DNA of 64,000 bases, taken from the sequence record MN988561.1; one strand, written 5' to 3'. Made by a program: the position numbers and the translations under genes. Every line of letters begins with the position of its first letter. The first letter of the stretch is position 1. The notes under the pieces were generated by a model. The model did no database searches. It was given only the letters and a program-made list of their open reading frames with translations, and was not told the origin of the DNA. Shown piece by piece: positions 1 to 8,999 of this stretch.

Positions 1-2
1 CA

Positions 3-428
3 TCTGAATCAACCATTGACAATGGATACAATCTTCCGATCAAAGAAGCAGTTGATACGTCGATCAGTACGAGGACTACGACGTCTACTGCTATACGTCG
101 TCAACCTGAGCATCGTAGACAGGAAGTCAAGTCTGAGAAACGTCAGTCATATGACAATGATACGGTTGCCACTTCATACGATGATAATTCGGATACTGTA
201 ACTGCTGCAGTTATCTCAACGATCCTCTCGATTGAATCCAACAATTCTAGCTCGTCTCATTCAGATCATTCAAGTAGCTCGTCGTCTTCTCACTCAGATA
301 CCTCGAGTAGTTGGTCGTCATCTCACTCGGATAGTTCATCTTCTCACTCATCGTCTTACGACTCAGGATCGTCCAGCTCATACGACTCTGGTAGTAGCAC
401 GTCAGACTCTGGTGGTGGAGGATGGTAG
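3..428 (+). CDS. Hypothetical protein, 5'-partial, with Ser/Asp/Gly low-complexity C-terminal tail
   Basis: Frame 3 is open from the window start to TAG at 426-428 (...SHSDHSSSSSSSHSDTSSSW...SYDSGSSSSYDSGSSTSDSGGGGW*). Missed by the ORF track because it has no start codon. Confidence 0.8.
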   Translation, partial: SESTIDNGYNLPIKEAVDTSISTRTTTSTAIRRQPEHRRQEVKSEKRQSYDNDTVATSYDDNSDTVTAAVISTILSIESNNSSSSHSDHSSSSSSSHSDTSSSWSSSHSDSSSSHSSSYDSGSSSSYDSGSSTSDSGGGGW

Positions 429-446
429 GCGAATTTATTTTAACGA

Positions 447-480
447 ATAGGTTCACTTGAGGTCGTTAAGGGATTCTTCT
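447..480 (+). promoter_or_regulatory. Class-2 bipartite motif ATAGGTTCACTT-N9-AAGGGATTCTTCT, copy A
   Basis: Both blocks and the 9-nt spacer length recur at 45906-45939. Both copies lie at gene junctions upstream of an RBS and ATG. Confidence 0.5.
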
Positions 481-521
481 CTGAAGGGTCGGGTGGTCCG
501 TCCCTCCTAGGAGAATTTAAA

Positions 522-653
522 ATGAAACTCTCTGCTCTTGTTCTGCTTTCAGTTGGTCTCGGTTGGTACTTGATGGGTTCGACTCAGTCGGATGCAATCA
601 ATAAGTGCCTTCAGAAGTTCTCTGAATCGACGTGCATTAATCAATACCGTTAA
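522..653 (+). CDS. Small exported or membrane-anchored protein (43 aa)
   Basis: AGGAGA RBS, then MKLSALVLLSVGLGWYLMGSTQSDAINKCLQKFSESTCINQYR*. Hydrophobic N-terminus and two Cys. Confidence 0.65.
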   Translation: MKLSALVLLSVGLGWYLMGSTQSDAINKCLQKFSESTCINQYR

Positions 654-682
654 GTTCACTCCATCAAAAGAGGGGAATCAAG

Positions 683-886
683 ATGGTAATGTTCGGTGTA
701 TCGAAAGATCCCATCGTACGTAAAGGATTTGAGGTACTGGCTCATCAAGCTGGTACCTCAGCAGCAAGAGATAATGAGCAGAGGGTAGTACCTGATCCGT
801 GGATAGGTTTTGAGGACCACTGGAAATCTGGATACGACTCCTTTGTTAAAGGAGTTATGAGTTACGACTTCCTTCGACGTACGTAA
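683..886 (+). CDS. Hypothetical protein
   Basis: 67 aa ORF with GAGGGG upstream. Confidence 0.6.
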   Translation: MVMFGVSKDPIVRKGFEVLAHQAGTSAARDNEQRVVPDPWIGFEDHWKSGYDSFVKGVMSYDFLRRT

Positions 887-897
887 CTGGTGAATTG

Positions 898-939
898 TCT
901 GGGATACTTGCTTAGGTAGGTATCCCAGATTACTTGTTT
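898..939 (+). terminator. Rho-independent terminator
   Basis: TCTGGGATACTTGC-TTAG-GTAGGTATCCCAGA stem followed by TTACTTGTTT. Confidence 0.6.
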
Positions 940-1017
940 CTAGACTAACTCTGAGGATCGTAAGATCCGATGAGGGATGCATTATTATTACACGGACCCC
1001 TCCCTTGGAGATTGTTA

Positions 1018-1299
1018 ATGACTAAGACATATGAGACTCGAGAGATTAGTCCAGGTCAATCTGTATCTGTTGACAAGGCTAAGTTTACATTCTACAAGGA
1101 ATCAGGAAAGTATTACACAGAGGGTGAGGGTATTGCTCCATTGTACTCTCATTATGACAACTCTCGTGAAGCTCTCATGAAGTTGAATGGAGGTAAGATG
1201 CCAGGACTCAGTGGTCCAGGAAATGATTTCTATCTTGTAATCTATCCTCTCAATGACGAGAGCGATATTGTCCCACGTTTACTGAAACCAGGAGAGTAG
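1018..1299 (+). CDS. Hypothetical phage protein
   Basis: GGAG RBS before ATG 1018; start moved from 970. Confidence 0.7.
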   Translation: MTKTYETREISPGQSVSVDKAKFTFYKESGKYYTEGEGIAPLYSHYDNSREALMKLNGGKMPGLSGPGNDFYLVIYPLNDESDIVPRLLKPGE

Positions 1300-1300
1300 T

Positions 1301-1597
1301 ATGAGTGACGTGCGTCTTCAGGAATTGGATGAGATAGTTGAAGTTTCTCGTCAATCGAACACTCTGGATATCACATATCCAGTTTCACATATTCTGAGAT
1401 ACTATCATGAAGACTCAGATAAATATGATGTGGATCAGATGCTCGAGATCTTCAACAAATGGCTTGATAGTTATCTGCGCACTCATATAAATTCTGAAAT
1501 GCACATACTCTCGATTGATGCTATTCTTGTGAAATTCTTTGAAGATCACAAGGTAGAATTTCCATCGTACCTCATTTCTAACAAGGACCTTGACTAG
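1301..1597 (+). CDS. Hypothetical protein
   Basis: 98 aa ORF, RBS GGAGAG, tightly packed. Confidence 0.7.
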   Translation: MSDVRLQELDEIVEVSRQSNTLDITYPVSHILRYYHEDSDKYDVDQMLEIFNKWLDSYLRTHINSEMHILSIDAILVKFFEDHKVEFPSYLISNKDLD

Positions 1598-1598
1598 C

Positions 1599-2051
1599 AT
1601 GAGAGACTATAATCTTAGATATGATCAGGATGCACTGGTATCGGTAAAATTGAAGAAGGGTAACGATCGTAGAGATCGTAATTCTAGATCTCTTAAAGAA
1701 CTGACTGGTAAGATTAAACTAGTCATTCCATCTGGTGCAGATGAGTACACTTATCTGAGATATAAAGGTTTAGTAAAGAGGCCTCGGAGGAATACTAAGT
1801 CATTAAAATCTGCACCTAAGACATCGATACGATACGCTATTGTTACTAGAAATGGTAATACAATATGTAATCACACTCGACTGAGATCAACTAAAGAAGA
1901 AACTGAGCGACGAAAACGGATTCGTGAGTTAGCTAATCGAGCTCGTGAGATGTTTGATGACATGGACTGTGATGTGTTCGCAGATAATGTCTGGAAGCTA
2001 CTCAATGGAGACGAATCAGGTAAGATGTACTTTGGAGTGAATGAACAATGA
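1599..2051 (+). CDS. Hypothetical basic protein
   Basis: Arg/Lys-rich ORF; ATG at 1599. Confidence 0.7.
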   Translation: MRDYNLRYDQDALVSVKLKKGNDRRDRNSRSLKELTGKIKLVIPSGADEYTYLRYKGLVKRPRRNTKSLKSAPKTSIRYAIVTRNGNTICNHTRLRSTKEETERRKRIRELANRAREMFDDMDCDVFADNVWKLLNGDESGKMYFGVNEQ

Positions 2052-2485
2052 ACTGGTCAGATCTTACAATTGCATTTCAGTACATCGTTAGTAATGTACC
2101 AGAACCTATGGGCAAGTCTAGTGATGGGATTCTGAAAGTCGAGTTTGGTAATGAGAGTCTGTGGGATAAAGAATTCCACATCAAACCTCTAGTCTCAGTT
2201 GAACTCGGAGGTTATCAAATAGGTACCTGGAATAGACATACAGTTATCGGACCATTCGATACTGAAGAAGATGCTATGGAAGGTACACGTAAGAAGATTC
2301 TTGAAGCATTCGATATTGTTAATCAAGAAATTTTCGAACATCTTCGACCTGAGTACTATCATCTTGAGGATGATCAGATCCCTCGATGGAACAATGAAGT
2401 TAGTAGATTCTCGGACTCAGAGAAGTCTAAGATGATGAGTCTTGAGAACGAATTTCTCTCTGTATTAAGCGATCGGAAGGCTTGA
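2048..2485 (+). CDS. Hypothetical protein
   Basis: 145 aa ORF with ATGA overlap. Confidence 0.7.
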   Translation: MNWSDLTIAFQYIVSNVPEPMGKSSDGILKVEFGNESLWDKEFHIKPLVSVELGGYQIGTWNRHTVIGPFDTEEDAMEGTRKKILEAFDIVNQEIFEHLRPEYYHLEDDQIPRWNNEVSRFSDSEKSKMMSLENEFLSVLSDRKA

Positions 2486-2495
2486 TAGCCTTCCT
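2469..2495 (+). promoter_or_regulatory. Putative phage promoter, class 1 (copy 1)
   Basis: GCGAT-N13-AGCCTTCCT. Confidence 0.7.
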
Positions 2496-2524
2496 TTCTT
2501 GATAAGAATAATATAGAGATTATT

Positions 2525-2797
2525 ATGAATAATACTATATCTACCCAATTGATTTGGGAAGAAGTAGATGAGGACCAGTGGTTTCTTTACTATAATCCTA
2601 CTGATAATTCTTCTAAGATTTTCATCGGAGAAGTGTACTGGTCTATTTCAGGATCTATTAGATGGATTAATAAATTGACAGACTGGAGAGATTCATCATC
2701 TTCAATCGAACAAGCACGAGATGACTTGTTCACTAGTTGTCTGGAAGAACTTAGTAGACTCGATAAGTCATATCAAAGGATAGAGTATGCCAACTGA
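2525..2797 (+). CDS. Hypothetical protein
   Basis: 90 aa ORF downstream of motif copy 1. Confidence 0.7.
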   Translation: MNNTISTQLIWEEVDEDQWFLYYNPTDNSSKIFIGEVYWSISGSIRWINKLTDWRDSSSSIEQARDDLFTSCLEELSRLDKSYQRIEYAN

Positions 2798-3215
2798 AAT
2801 CGTAGATGGTAAAATTGATGGGATCGATATAAACGATCCTCATTTTACTCTAAAACATATGTATCGAATCATTCCAGAGAGTGAAGCTGGACAAGGACAT
2901 GTTGATCGTATGCTTGACTTCTTCGTTGAGCATCCATATATTCCGGAGCAAGATACATATACCAAATATGAATTTGCTAATATTCTAACGAAACATGATC
3001 ATCGACTAGAGATGACAGGATTTTACTTCAATCCTGATGAAGAATTTAGTAACCTGGAAGTCGAGGATGACGAAAAGGCTATTCTACAACCTTATGCACT
3101 GATGCTTGCATGCCTACAAGGTAATGCATTCCCTGACCTTATCGAACAATACATGAAGGAAGCTAAATGGTTTCTCATGTCTAACGGTTGGTGGGATAAA
3201 GTACGTCAGGCATAA
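2787..3215 (+). CDS. Hypothetical protein
   Basis: 142 aa ORF, overlapping start. Confidence 0.7.
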   Translation: MPTEIVDGKIDGIDINDPHFTLKHMYRIIPESEAGQGHVDRMLDFFVEHPYIPEQDTYTKYEFANILTKHDHRLEMTGFYFNPDEEFSNLEVEDDEKAILQPYALMLACLQGNAFPDLIEQYMKEAKWFLMSNGWWDKVRQA

Positions 3216-3230
3216 TCTGAAAGGATATGC

Positions 3231-3476
3231 ATGAGTATAGAATACTTTATCAAACTAGGGATCAATCTTACATTATCATTATCCTGTATAGGTATGCTGA
3301 TAATTATGAGGCAGATTCTCCATAAGGAGAGTTTTACTCAGAAAAGATTGATCATGTTGTTCACGAGTATACTGATTGTAGTCATTCTGGCCATGATCTG
3401 GACTGACTACTCATTTGTCGTCTATCGTTACTTGCATCCAGCTGAGAAATCAGACTTGATCCTTAACGGTAATTAA
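3231..3476 (+). CDS. Small membrane protein (2 predicted TM helices)
   Basis: Two hydrophobic stretches. Confidence 0.7.
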   Translation: MSIEYFIKLGINLTLSLSCIGMLIIMRQILHKESFTQKRLIMLFTSILIVVILAMIWTDYSFVVYRYLHPAEKSDLILNGN

Positions 3477-3490
3477 TCACTCTAGAATCG

Positions 3491-3517
3491 GCGAACCTAA
3501 CGTCGGATAGCCTTCCT
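3491..3517 (+). promoter_or_regulatory. Putative phage promoter, class 1 (copy 2)
   Basis: GCGAA-N13-AGCCTTCCT. Confidence 0.75.
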
Positions 3518-3554
3518 TAATGTCAGACGTTCGATCGTCTTTCAGGTTGCCTTA

Positions 3555-3595
3555 GCCAGTATCTTAGTCTTCGGATTGAGATACTGGCTCTTTTT
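3555..3595 (+). terminator. Rho-independent terminator
   Basis: GCCAGTATCTTAGTC-TTCG-GATTGAGATACTGGC (15 bp with 2 G-U pairs, cUUCGg loop) followed by TCTTTTT. Confidence 0.85.
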
Positions 3596-3623
3596 CTGTT
3601 TCTACTGAAATTTGTGGTGTGAC

Positions 3624-3809
3624 ATGAGTATTAAAGATCGTGAGATGAAGTCTCTATGCAATCAACTCAAAACTCTGTTTTGTGGAGGTAAAGTGGATGA
3701 CCTCACTCGATTAATAATTTCAAATGAACTAGCGATCTTCAATCGGAAGTATAAGAGTAATCTCACAATGGACATTTCCAATGATGGAATATTGTTCGAG
3801 GAACGTTAA
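3624..3809 (+). CDS. Hypothetical protein
   Basis: ATG at 3624; coupled by TAATG to the next gene. Confidence 0.6.
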   Translation: MSIKDREMKSLCNQLKTLFCGGKVDDLTRLIISNELAIFNRKYKSNLTMDISNDGILFEER

Positions 3810-6073
3810 TGTCAATTGTAGTCGTCAATGGTCAAGAATTTGAGACAGATAGTCTTGATTTTAGTGACAAGTCTAAAAGATTAAATTGGCATACGGATGA
3901 AGGTAAATTTATTCGTTCATTGAAGCAAGATATCTATCTAACTGCTAAGATGGTTGAATATTGTACCGATCATGTAGATAATTTGGCCACTGATTACAAG
4001 TCACCGGACGGTCTCGGGTTCAAGTATGTCAAAGCCTCATTTATGGCTGAGCTACGTGATAAATCTAATAAAACACCTGAGAATTTCGTTAATAACCTAT
4101 TTATCCCGTATTATACTGTAATGATCAATGCGATCAAGGCACTATCTCAAGTTGTTGATACGGACGAGAAAGAGGATACATGGGTATGGACGTACAATGA
4201 GCAAGGTAAGATCATTTATGATTATTCACCTGAAGCTCTTCAACGTCGTAAAACATTCCTAGAGAATTTTGACAAGTCGATCCTACCTCTAGACTACAAG
4301 AAGTTAGAGGAGATTTTTACTAAGCCTGAATACACGACAGAGACTAACAAACGAGTAGTCTGTTGGTCGTGTGGTTCTTATAAGACGACACTGATTCGTC
4401 AGTTTATCGTAAAGAACTGGCTTAAAGGCATATTGTATGCTTGTACAACGATCGAAGAAGTCGACATGTTGTCATACGATATCGCGTGCTTCATAGGTGA
4501 GCAGAATGTATTCAAGCTCCACTCTCAGATCGATGAGAGTATCTATGATCAGTACCATAAGGACCCAGAGTTCCTATTCTCCAAGCCTGTCGTCGTGACG
4601 ACGCATTACAGACTTATGATGGACCCTCCGACTATCTTCATCTCTCAGATTAATAAACCTGGAGGTCAAGATCCTCGTCGACAGTACGTCCTCATCGATG
4701 AGAAACCACAATTCTTTGATTCGATCAGTATTTCAAGTGATCAGATTAAGAATGTGATGAGTCTTGTTACTAGCATCGATGATCCTGATGCTCCAGATGA
4801 AGCATTTAGATCATTCAGAAATTCAGTGATGAATTCTACAGGACTTCAGAAGTCATTAAATCACAATTCTGTTGAGATCTTCAGTAAATCGATTGTTAAT
4901 AAGTCTACTCAGATGGTAACAACTTATACGACTCCGTCTGGTTCGATTAAAGAAGTACCTAATATTCATATGTTGAGAGCAGAATTCTCAATTTATATGA
5001 TTGTTAAGCAGATTCAGAAGAAATTGAAGCAGGATCCTCAGTATTATCCTAAGACTAAGGATAATGTGTTCTATTATAATCTTGGTGATCTTGGATTCAA
5101 GAATCTGATTATCTTTGATGGCACAGGTGATCTTATTCTAGGTTCTGAGGACCCTGACTGGAAGAATCCAGATTGGATGATTGTTAAGACTCCAGAGACT
5201 AGCTTTAGATTCAAGGGATCATTCAATGAGATCGAATGTGATATTCGCAGACGTCTCGTTGGTAATCAACTTGAGCATTACTCTCGTGAGTTTGATAAGA
5301 TTATTCAGTATTTGATTGATCTCGCAGATAAGCATGAGAAGATCTTTGTAGTGTCATGGAAGGATCTTAAGAATGGAGAAGAAGATATATCTCCGAGTCC
5401 TATCCTGGAACATAATGTACTAGCTAAGCTAACAGATCAAAGGATTGTTCAAGCGACTGATGATCTAAATTCTTACATTAAGTATCGTATTCCTGTATCC
5501 ATTCGTCACAAGTTCGACTTCACATATTACATGTCAGGTAGAACGAGAGGTACGAATCAATTCATGAATTGTGATGCTGCTGTTCTATTAGGTAGTTTTC
5601 ATATTCCTAATAGTGTGATTGCTCGTATGAATGAGCAAAACAATGCTAAGATGACCAACAAGATGCACTCTATGGCAGAAGTCGTTCAAGCTATCTATCG
5701 TACTAGAGCTCGAAAGATGAAGCCTGTCGATGTTTACTATACTTCTGATTGGAGTAAAGAATTTATCGTAGATGTGATGAAATATATCAATGCTACAGTT
5801 TCTGATGAGTTTAATGTTGACCTACAGACTTCAATGAGGTTATTCTCAATGACGTATGGAGTAAATATTACTCCGACGACAACTAAGTTGATAAAACTGT
5901 TATCTTCTAGATATACAGATTTGACTTCAGGTAAAAGTGTTGAATTTAGAATACCTGATGGTGAAGATAGTAGAGAATACAAATCTGCTATCAAGAACTT
6001 ATTGAATAAGGTGGATGAATTACGATTTGAAGATAAGAAGTATTCTCGATTCTTCAGCGTAGTACCCGTCTAA
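3809..6073 (+). CDS. SF2 helicase-like protein (754 aa) with degenerate Walker A
   Basis: WSCGSYKT (motif I), VVVTTH, VLIDEKP (II), IIFDGTG (III), RGTNQF (V), QAIYRTRAR (VI). Confidence 0.65.
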   Translation: MSIVVVNGQEFETDSLDFSDKSKRLNWHTDEGKFIRSLKQDIYLTAKMVEYCTDHVDNLATDYKSPDGLGFKYVKASFMAELRDKSNKTPENFVNNLFIPYYTVMINAIKALSQVVDTDEKEDTWVWTYNEQGKIIYDYSPEALQRRKTFLENFDKSILPLDYKKLEEIFTKPEYTTETNKRVVCWSCGSYKTTLIRQFIVKNWLKGILYACTTIEEVDMLSYDIACFIGEQNVFKLHSQIDESIYDQYHKDPEFLFSKPVVVTTHYRLMMDPPTIFISQINKPGGQDPRRQYVLIDEKPQFFDSISISSDQIKNVMSLVTSIDDPDAPDEAFRSFRNSVMNSTGLQKSLNHNSVEIFSKSIVNKSTQMVTTYTTPSGSIKEVPNIHMLRAEFSIYMIVKQIQKKLKQDPQYYPKTKDNVFYYNLGDLGFKNLIIFDGTGDLILGSEDPDWKNPDWMIVKTPETSFRFKGSFNEIECDIRRRLVGNQLEHYSREFDKIIQYLIDLADKHEKIFVVSWKDLKNGEEDISPSPILEHNVLAKLTDQRIVQATDDLNSYIKYRIPVSIRHKFDFTYYMSGRTRGTNQFMNCDAAVLLGSFHIPNSVIARMNEQNNAKMTNKMHSMAEVVQAIYRTRARKMKPVDVYYTSDWSKEFIVDVMKYINATVSDEFNVDLQTSMRLFSMTYGVNITPTTTKLIKLLSSRYTDLTSGKSVEFRIPDGEDSREYKSAIKNLLNKVDELRFEDKKYSRFFSVVPV

Positions 6074-6083
6074 GACCCTTCCC
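6057..6083 (+). promoter_or_regulatory. Putative phage promoter, class 1 (degenerate copy)
   Basis: GCGTA-N13-ACCCTTCCC. Confidence 0.45.
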
Positions 6084-6158
6084 GCTTAAGGAGGCTGAAT
6101 ATCCCGGTTTGTACTGGACCGGGGAATTGACCTTTCTTAAGTAACTTATAATAAGATA

Positions 6159-6707
6159 ATGATTTATATTCATAATAAGTCTTGTAGAGAAGACATTTTG
6201 ACGACCATTTTAGGGATGTCTTTACAATACTGTAAAGAGTCATCTAAGAAATTTTTAGATAGAATGGAATCTAGTGAAGAGATTATCAATATTCATCTTC
6301 ACAAGAGGTATCCAGATGGAGACTGTAAAATCTGTCCTGATATCGTTATTGAAACAGAGAGTACGGTTTATATTGGTGAAAGTAAATTAAAATATGAACC
6401 TGATGCTCTGAATCAAGTCGAAGATTACGTGAGAAGACTTTCTTCCTTAGAAGAATTTTATTACAAGAATAAAATACCTCTTTTGATTATTCCAGATCGA
6501 AAGAATCTCAATGAGTGGATTTATCACTGTGAGGACAATTACTGTTTTGACATGGATAAACAAACTGATCGTAAGGGTAAACTACTTAAACGAATCGGTA
6601 ACGACTATAACAGTCTATCGGACAAAATAACTATGGGATTCATTGATATTGAGCATATCGTCAATGGGTCACCGTATGATGCAATTCTAAGGGAAATGAT
6701 GAAATGA
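6159..6707 (+). CDS. PD-(D/E)xK nuclease-family protein
   Basis: CPDIVIE...YIGESK...NQVEDY matches PD...(D/E)xK with the Q-x-x-x-Y helix. Confidence 0.6.
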   Translation: MIYIHNKSCREDILTTILGMSLQYCKESSKKFLDRMESSEEIINIHLHKRYPDGDCKICPDIVIETESTVYIGESKLKYEPDALNQVEDYVRRLSSLEEFYYKNKIPLLIIPDRKNLNEWIYHCEDNYCFDMDKQTDRKGKLLKRIGNDYNSLSDKITMGFIDIEHIVNGSPYDAILREMMK

Positions 6708-6991
6708 AACTCACGAGGACTGAAGTTTATCAAATCAACGGTAAAGAGACAGCTCATATCGTAGCTAGTAAGTTTGCTATAGATGGATCACTCTTCAACA
6801 AGTTCTATCTTGAAGTCAATGACAAAGTGAGTGCTCCTAGATTGATTAGAGATTATATTGATACTCTACAATTGACAATCCCTGATAAGGTTGTCTATAT
6901 TCTTAGCTTAGAGAAAACTGAAATTAGAACTACAGATTTCCGAAAGAAGAATAATGAGCAAGGTAGGAGACCTACTCCAAAATCTGAATGA
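6704..6991 (+). CDS. Hypothetical protein
   Basis: 95 aa ORF with ATGA overlap. Confidence 0.65.
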   Translation: MKLTRTEVYQINGKETAHIVASKFAIDGSLFNKFYLEVNDKVSAPRLIRDYIDTLQLTIPDKVVYILSLEKTEIRTTDFRKKNNEQGRRPTPKSE

Positions 6992-7166
6992 TAAGTATGT
7001 AGCAAGTGATGAACTTAGACAATCTCGTCTAGACATTTGTAATACTTGTCCATTCAGTGTGATGAAGAAATTCACTATTGAATTGAATATATGTAACAAA
7101 TGTGGATGTGTCATTAGTCAAAAGACTAAGATCAAGTCCTCAGAGTGTCCAATTGGTAATTGGTGA
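6954..7166 (+). CDS. Small Cys-rich protein (DUF6171-like)
   Basis: RLDICNTCP...CNKCGC...K...CPIGNW pattern. Confidence 0.6.
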   Translation: MSKVGDLLQNLNDKYVASDELRQSRLDICNTCPFSVMKKFTIELNICNKCGCVISQKTKIKSSECPIGNW

Positions 7167-7280
7167 TCATGTTAATGGAACGTTCCATGGATGGAGGATC
7201 CACGATATACTATGGGAGACCAGAGATCGGACAACTGAGAGATCCTCAGAGTCCATTCATTTTAGATAAAAGTGTGAGTT

Positions 7281-7691
7281 ATGACAAAAGTAGCAATAGC
7301 AGGAGTCATCGTAAAAGATGGCAGAGAAATCCTTCTAGGTAAGAGAATTGGTGGTATCATCGATGGATTCTACGTATTACCTGGAGGTAAGCTTGAAGAT
7401 GATGAAAGCTTACAAGAATGTCTGAAACGAGAAATTCTTGAAGAGACAAATCTCGAACTTAAGAATATCTCGACACACATTGCTTATCGTGAACCAGACA
7501 TTAAGGGATTCAGATTCCTTATGATCTACTTTAGAGCTGACGTAGTCGATGAATCACTACTTCAGAATACTGAGCCTGACAAGTGCGAAGGATGGGGATG
7601 GTATGATATCCATGACCTTCCGACTCCATGTTGGGATCTCGATCCGATCAAACAATTCTATCCTTCAGCCATCATCAAGAGAGCTATCTAA
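7281..7691 (+). CDS. NUDIX hydrolase (MutT/NUDT15-like)
   Basis: Nudix box GGKLEDDESLQECLKREILEETNL and EPDKCEGWGW. Confidence 0.9.
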   Translation: MTKVAIAGVIVKDGREILLGKRIGGIIDGFYVLPGGKLEDDESLQECLKREILEETNLELKNISTHIAYREPDIKGFRFLMIYFRADVVDESLLQNTEPDKCEGWGWYDIHDLPTPCWDLDPIKQFYPSAIIKRAI

Positions 7692-7903
7692 TGTCTGACA
7701 ATTTCTTTGAGTATGCTAAGTCCCATAACAATAAAACTGTAATGACGATTAAGGATTTCAAAGGAAAGAAGTACTTAGATATCCGTGAGAAATTCTTTGA
7801 TGGTACCAATTGGCACTATACCAAGAAAGGTGTCAGTATTCCAATCGAGGAGATGGAACAACTGTCGAAGGATCTAGAGGAACTTAAGAGAAACACAGCA
7901 TGA
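7691..7903 (+). CDS. PC4/YdbC-like ssDNA-binding protein
   Basis: FKGKKYLDIREKF...W..TKKGVSI PC4 signature; ATG at 7691. Confidence 0.8.
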   Translation: MSDNFFEYAKSHNNKTVMTIKDFKGKKYLDIREKFFDGTNWHYTKKGVSIPIEEMEQLSKDLEELKRNTA

Positions 7904-8142
7904 ATTACTTTACAGATATAAGCAGTGTCAGAGAAATGCTAGGTAAGCTAGCTGAAGCTCCTGATTCTCAGATTGATGATAAGTTTCGTAAGGAGCTATC
8001 TCATCTCGTTACAATTGAGACTCTAGGTTCACAAGATGTTAAGCGAGCATTAGACATGTGTGTACATTCGTCTCTCGCATCTGACTTTGTAGTCAATGTT
8101 CTAGATATTATCTACAAACAATTGAAGACGTGGAATGAGTGA
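7900..8142 (+). CDS. Hypothetical protein
   Basis: 80 aa coupled ORF. Confidence 0.65.
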   Translation: MNYFTDISSVREMLGKLAEAPDSQIDDKFRKELSHLVTIETLGSQDVKRALDMCVHSSLASDFVVNVLDIIYKQLKTWNE

Positions 8143-8359
8143 AATCACTTTAGGTCAAGCTGATAAAATCCAACAGATCTGCAAGGATGTTCAAGTCGAA
8201 GGAGCTCACTTTATCTTTAGACTCGCTACTGCCCTTGCAGCAGATGTAGGTTATAGTTTATACCCTGAGTCAGATTATAACTACGGTGCAGAATCTGATA
8301 CGATTCGAAATCTTAGAAGTCTTGCTCAGTCTATGGGTTACAAATTGGAACCTCTTTAA
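8135..8359 (+). CDS. Hypothetical protein
   Basis: 74 aa coupled ORF. Confidence 0.65.
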   Translation: MSEITLGQADKIQQICKDVQVEGAHFIFRLATALAADVGYSLYPESDYNYGAESDTIRNLRSLAQSMGYKLEPL

Positions 8360-8739
8360 TGGGTAAGATTAATAAATTAGATCGATTCAAAATTGTTGAG
8401 TCGATCGCAGGCAAGAAGCCTGAGAGACAATACAAGAACTTCAGTCACTACATTTTGACTACCAGAGGAGAGTGCCAGAATTGTTATGGTGCAGGTAGAG
8501 TAGTGGCTCCAGGGGAGAGACCTGACGTTTATGAGGGACATAAAATGTCAAGGAGAATTAACTGTCCTAAGTGTGAAGGTACAGGTCGTGCTACTAGTAA
8601 AATGCTGACCTCGTACTATGCTAAGACTGTTAGTAATTTTAATACGAGAATGCATAAGTGGAGGGAAGACAGAGCGAAGATCGAGAAAGCGATTCTATCT
8701 CTATCTCGAGAAGATGCGAAAGTCTTAAAGCTGCTATGA
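8359..8739 (+). CDS. DnaJ-type zinc-finger protein
   Basis: Two CxxCxGxG repeats: CQNCYGAG and CPKCEGTG. Confidence 0.65.
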   Translation: MGKINKLDRFKIVESIAGKKPERQYKNFSHYILTTRGECQNCYGAGRVVAPGERPDVYEGHKMSRRINCPKCEGTGRATSKMLTSYYAKTVSNFNTRMHKWREDRAKIEKAILSLSREDAKVLKLL

Positions 8740-8756
8740 TTTAGCGGAATGTTTCA

Positions 8757-8999
8757 ATGAGTTTTATCAAGAAAATTGTTAGTTTTCTATTAAAGCTATT
8801 CTATCGAGACTACATTTTCCTTAGATATAAGCCTCTGAAGAATATCACTAGTTCAGAAGTATCGAGATGTATAGATTTGGTACCTATGACAACAATCGAC
8901 AATCCTCTTGATGAGGATGTCCGTATCAAGATTAGTCGAGCTCAGTACGATGAGCTTCCCTATGAGATTTCTAGACACTTTGAGGACTACTATGGTTAA
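8757..8999 (+). CDS. Hypothetical protein
   Basis: 80 aa ORF. Confidence 0.6.
   Translation: MSFIKKIVSFLLKLFYRDYIFLRYKPLKNITSSEVSRCIDLVPMTTIDNPLDEDVRIKISRAQYDELPYEISRHFEDYYG

Noticed and set aside
16-456. ORF-track entries 16-201 (+), 232-450 (+) and 247-456 (-)
   Set aside because: Alternative-frame shadows of the frame-3 Ser-rich partial gene at 3-428.
951-1004. CTGA-GGATC-GTAA-GATCC-GATGAG as a possible hammerhead or twister ribozyme
   Set aside because: The conserved cores (CUGAUGA...GAAA; twister pseudoknot elements) are not present in the required order.
6127-6152. TTGACC...TATAAT sigma70-like promoter
   Set aside because: Spacer is only 14 nt, too short for sigma70.
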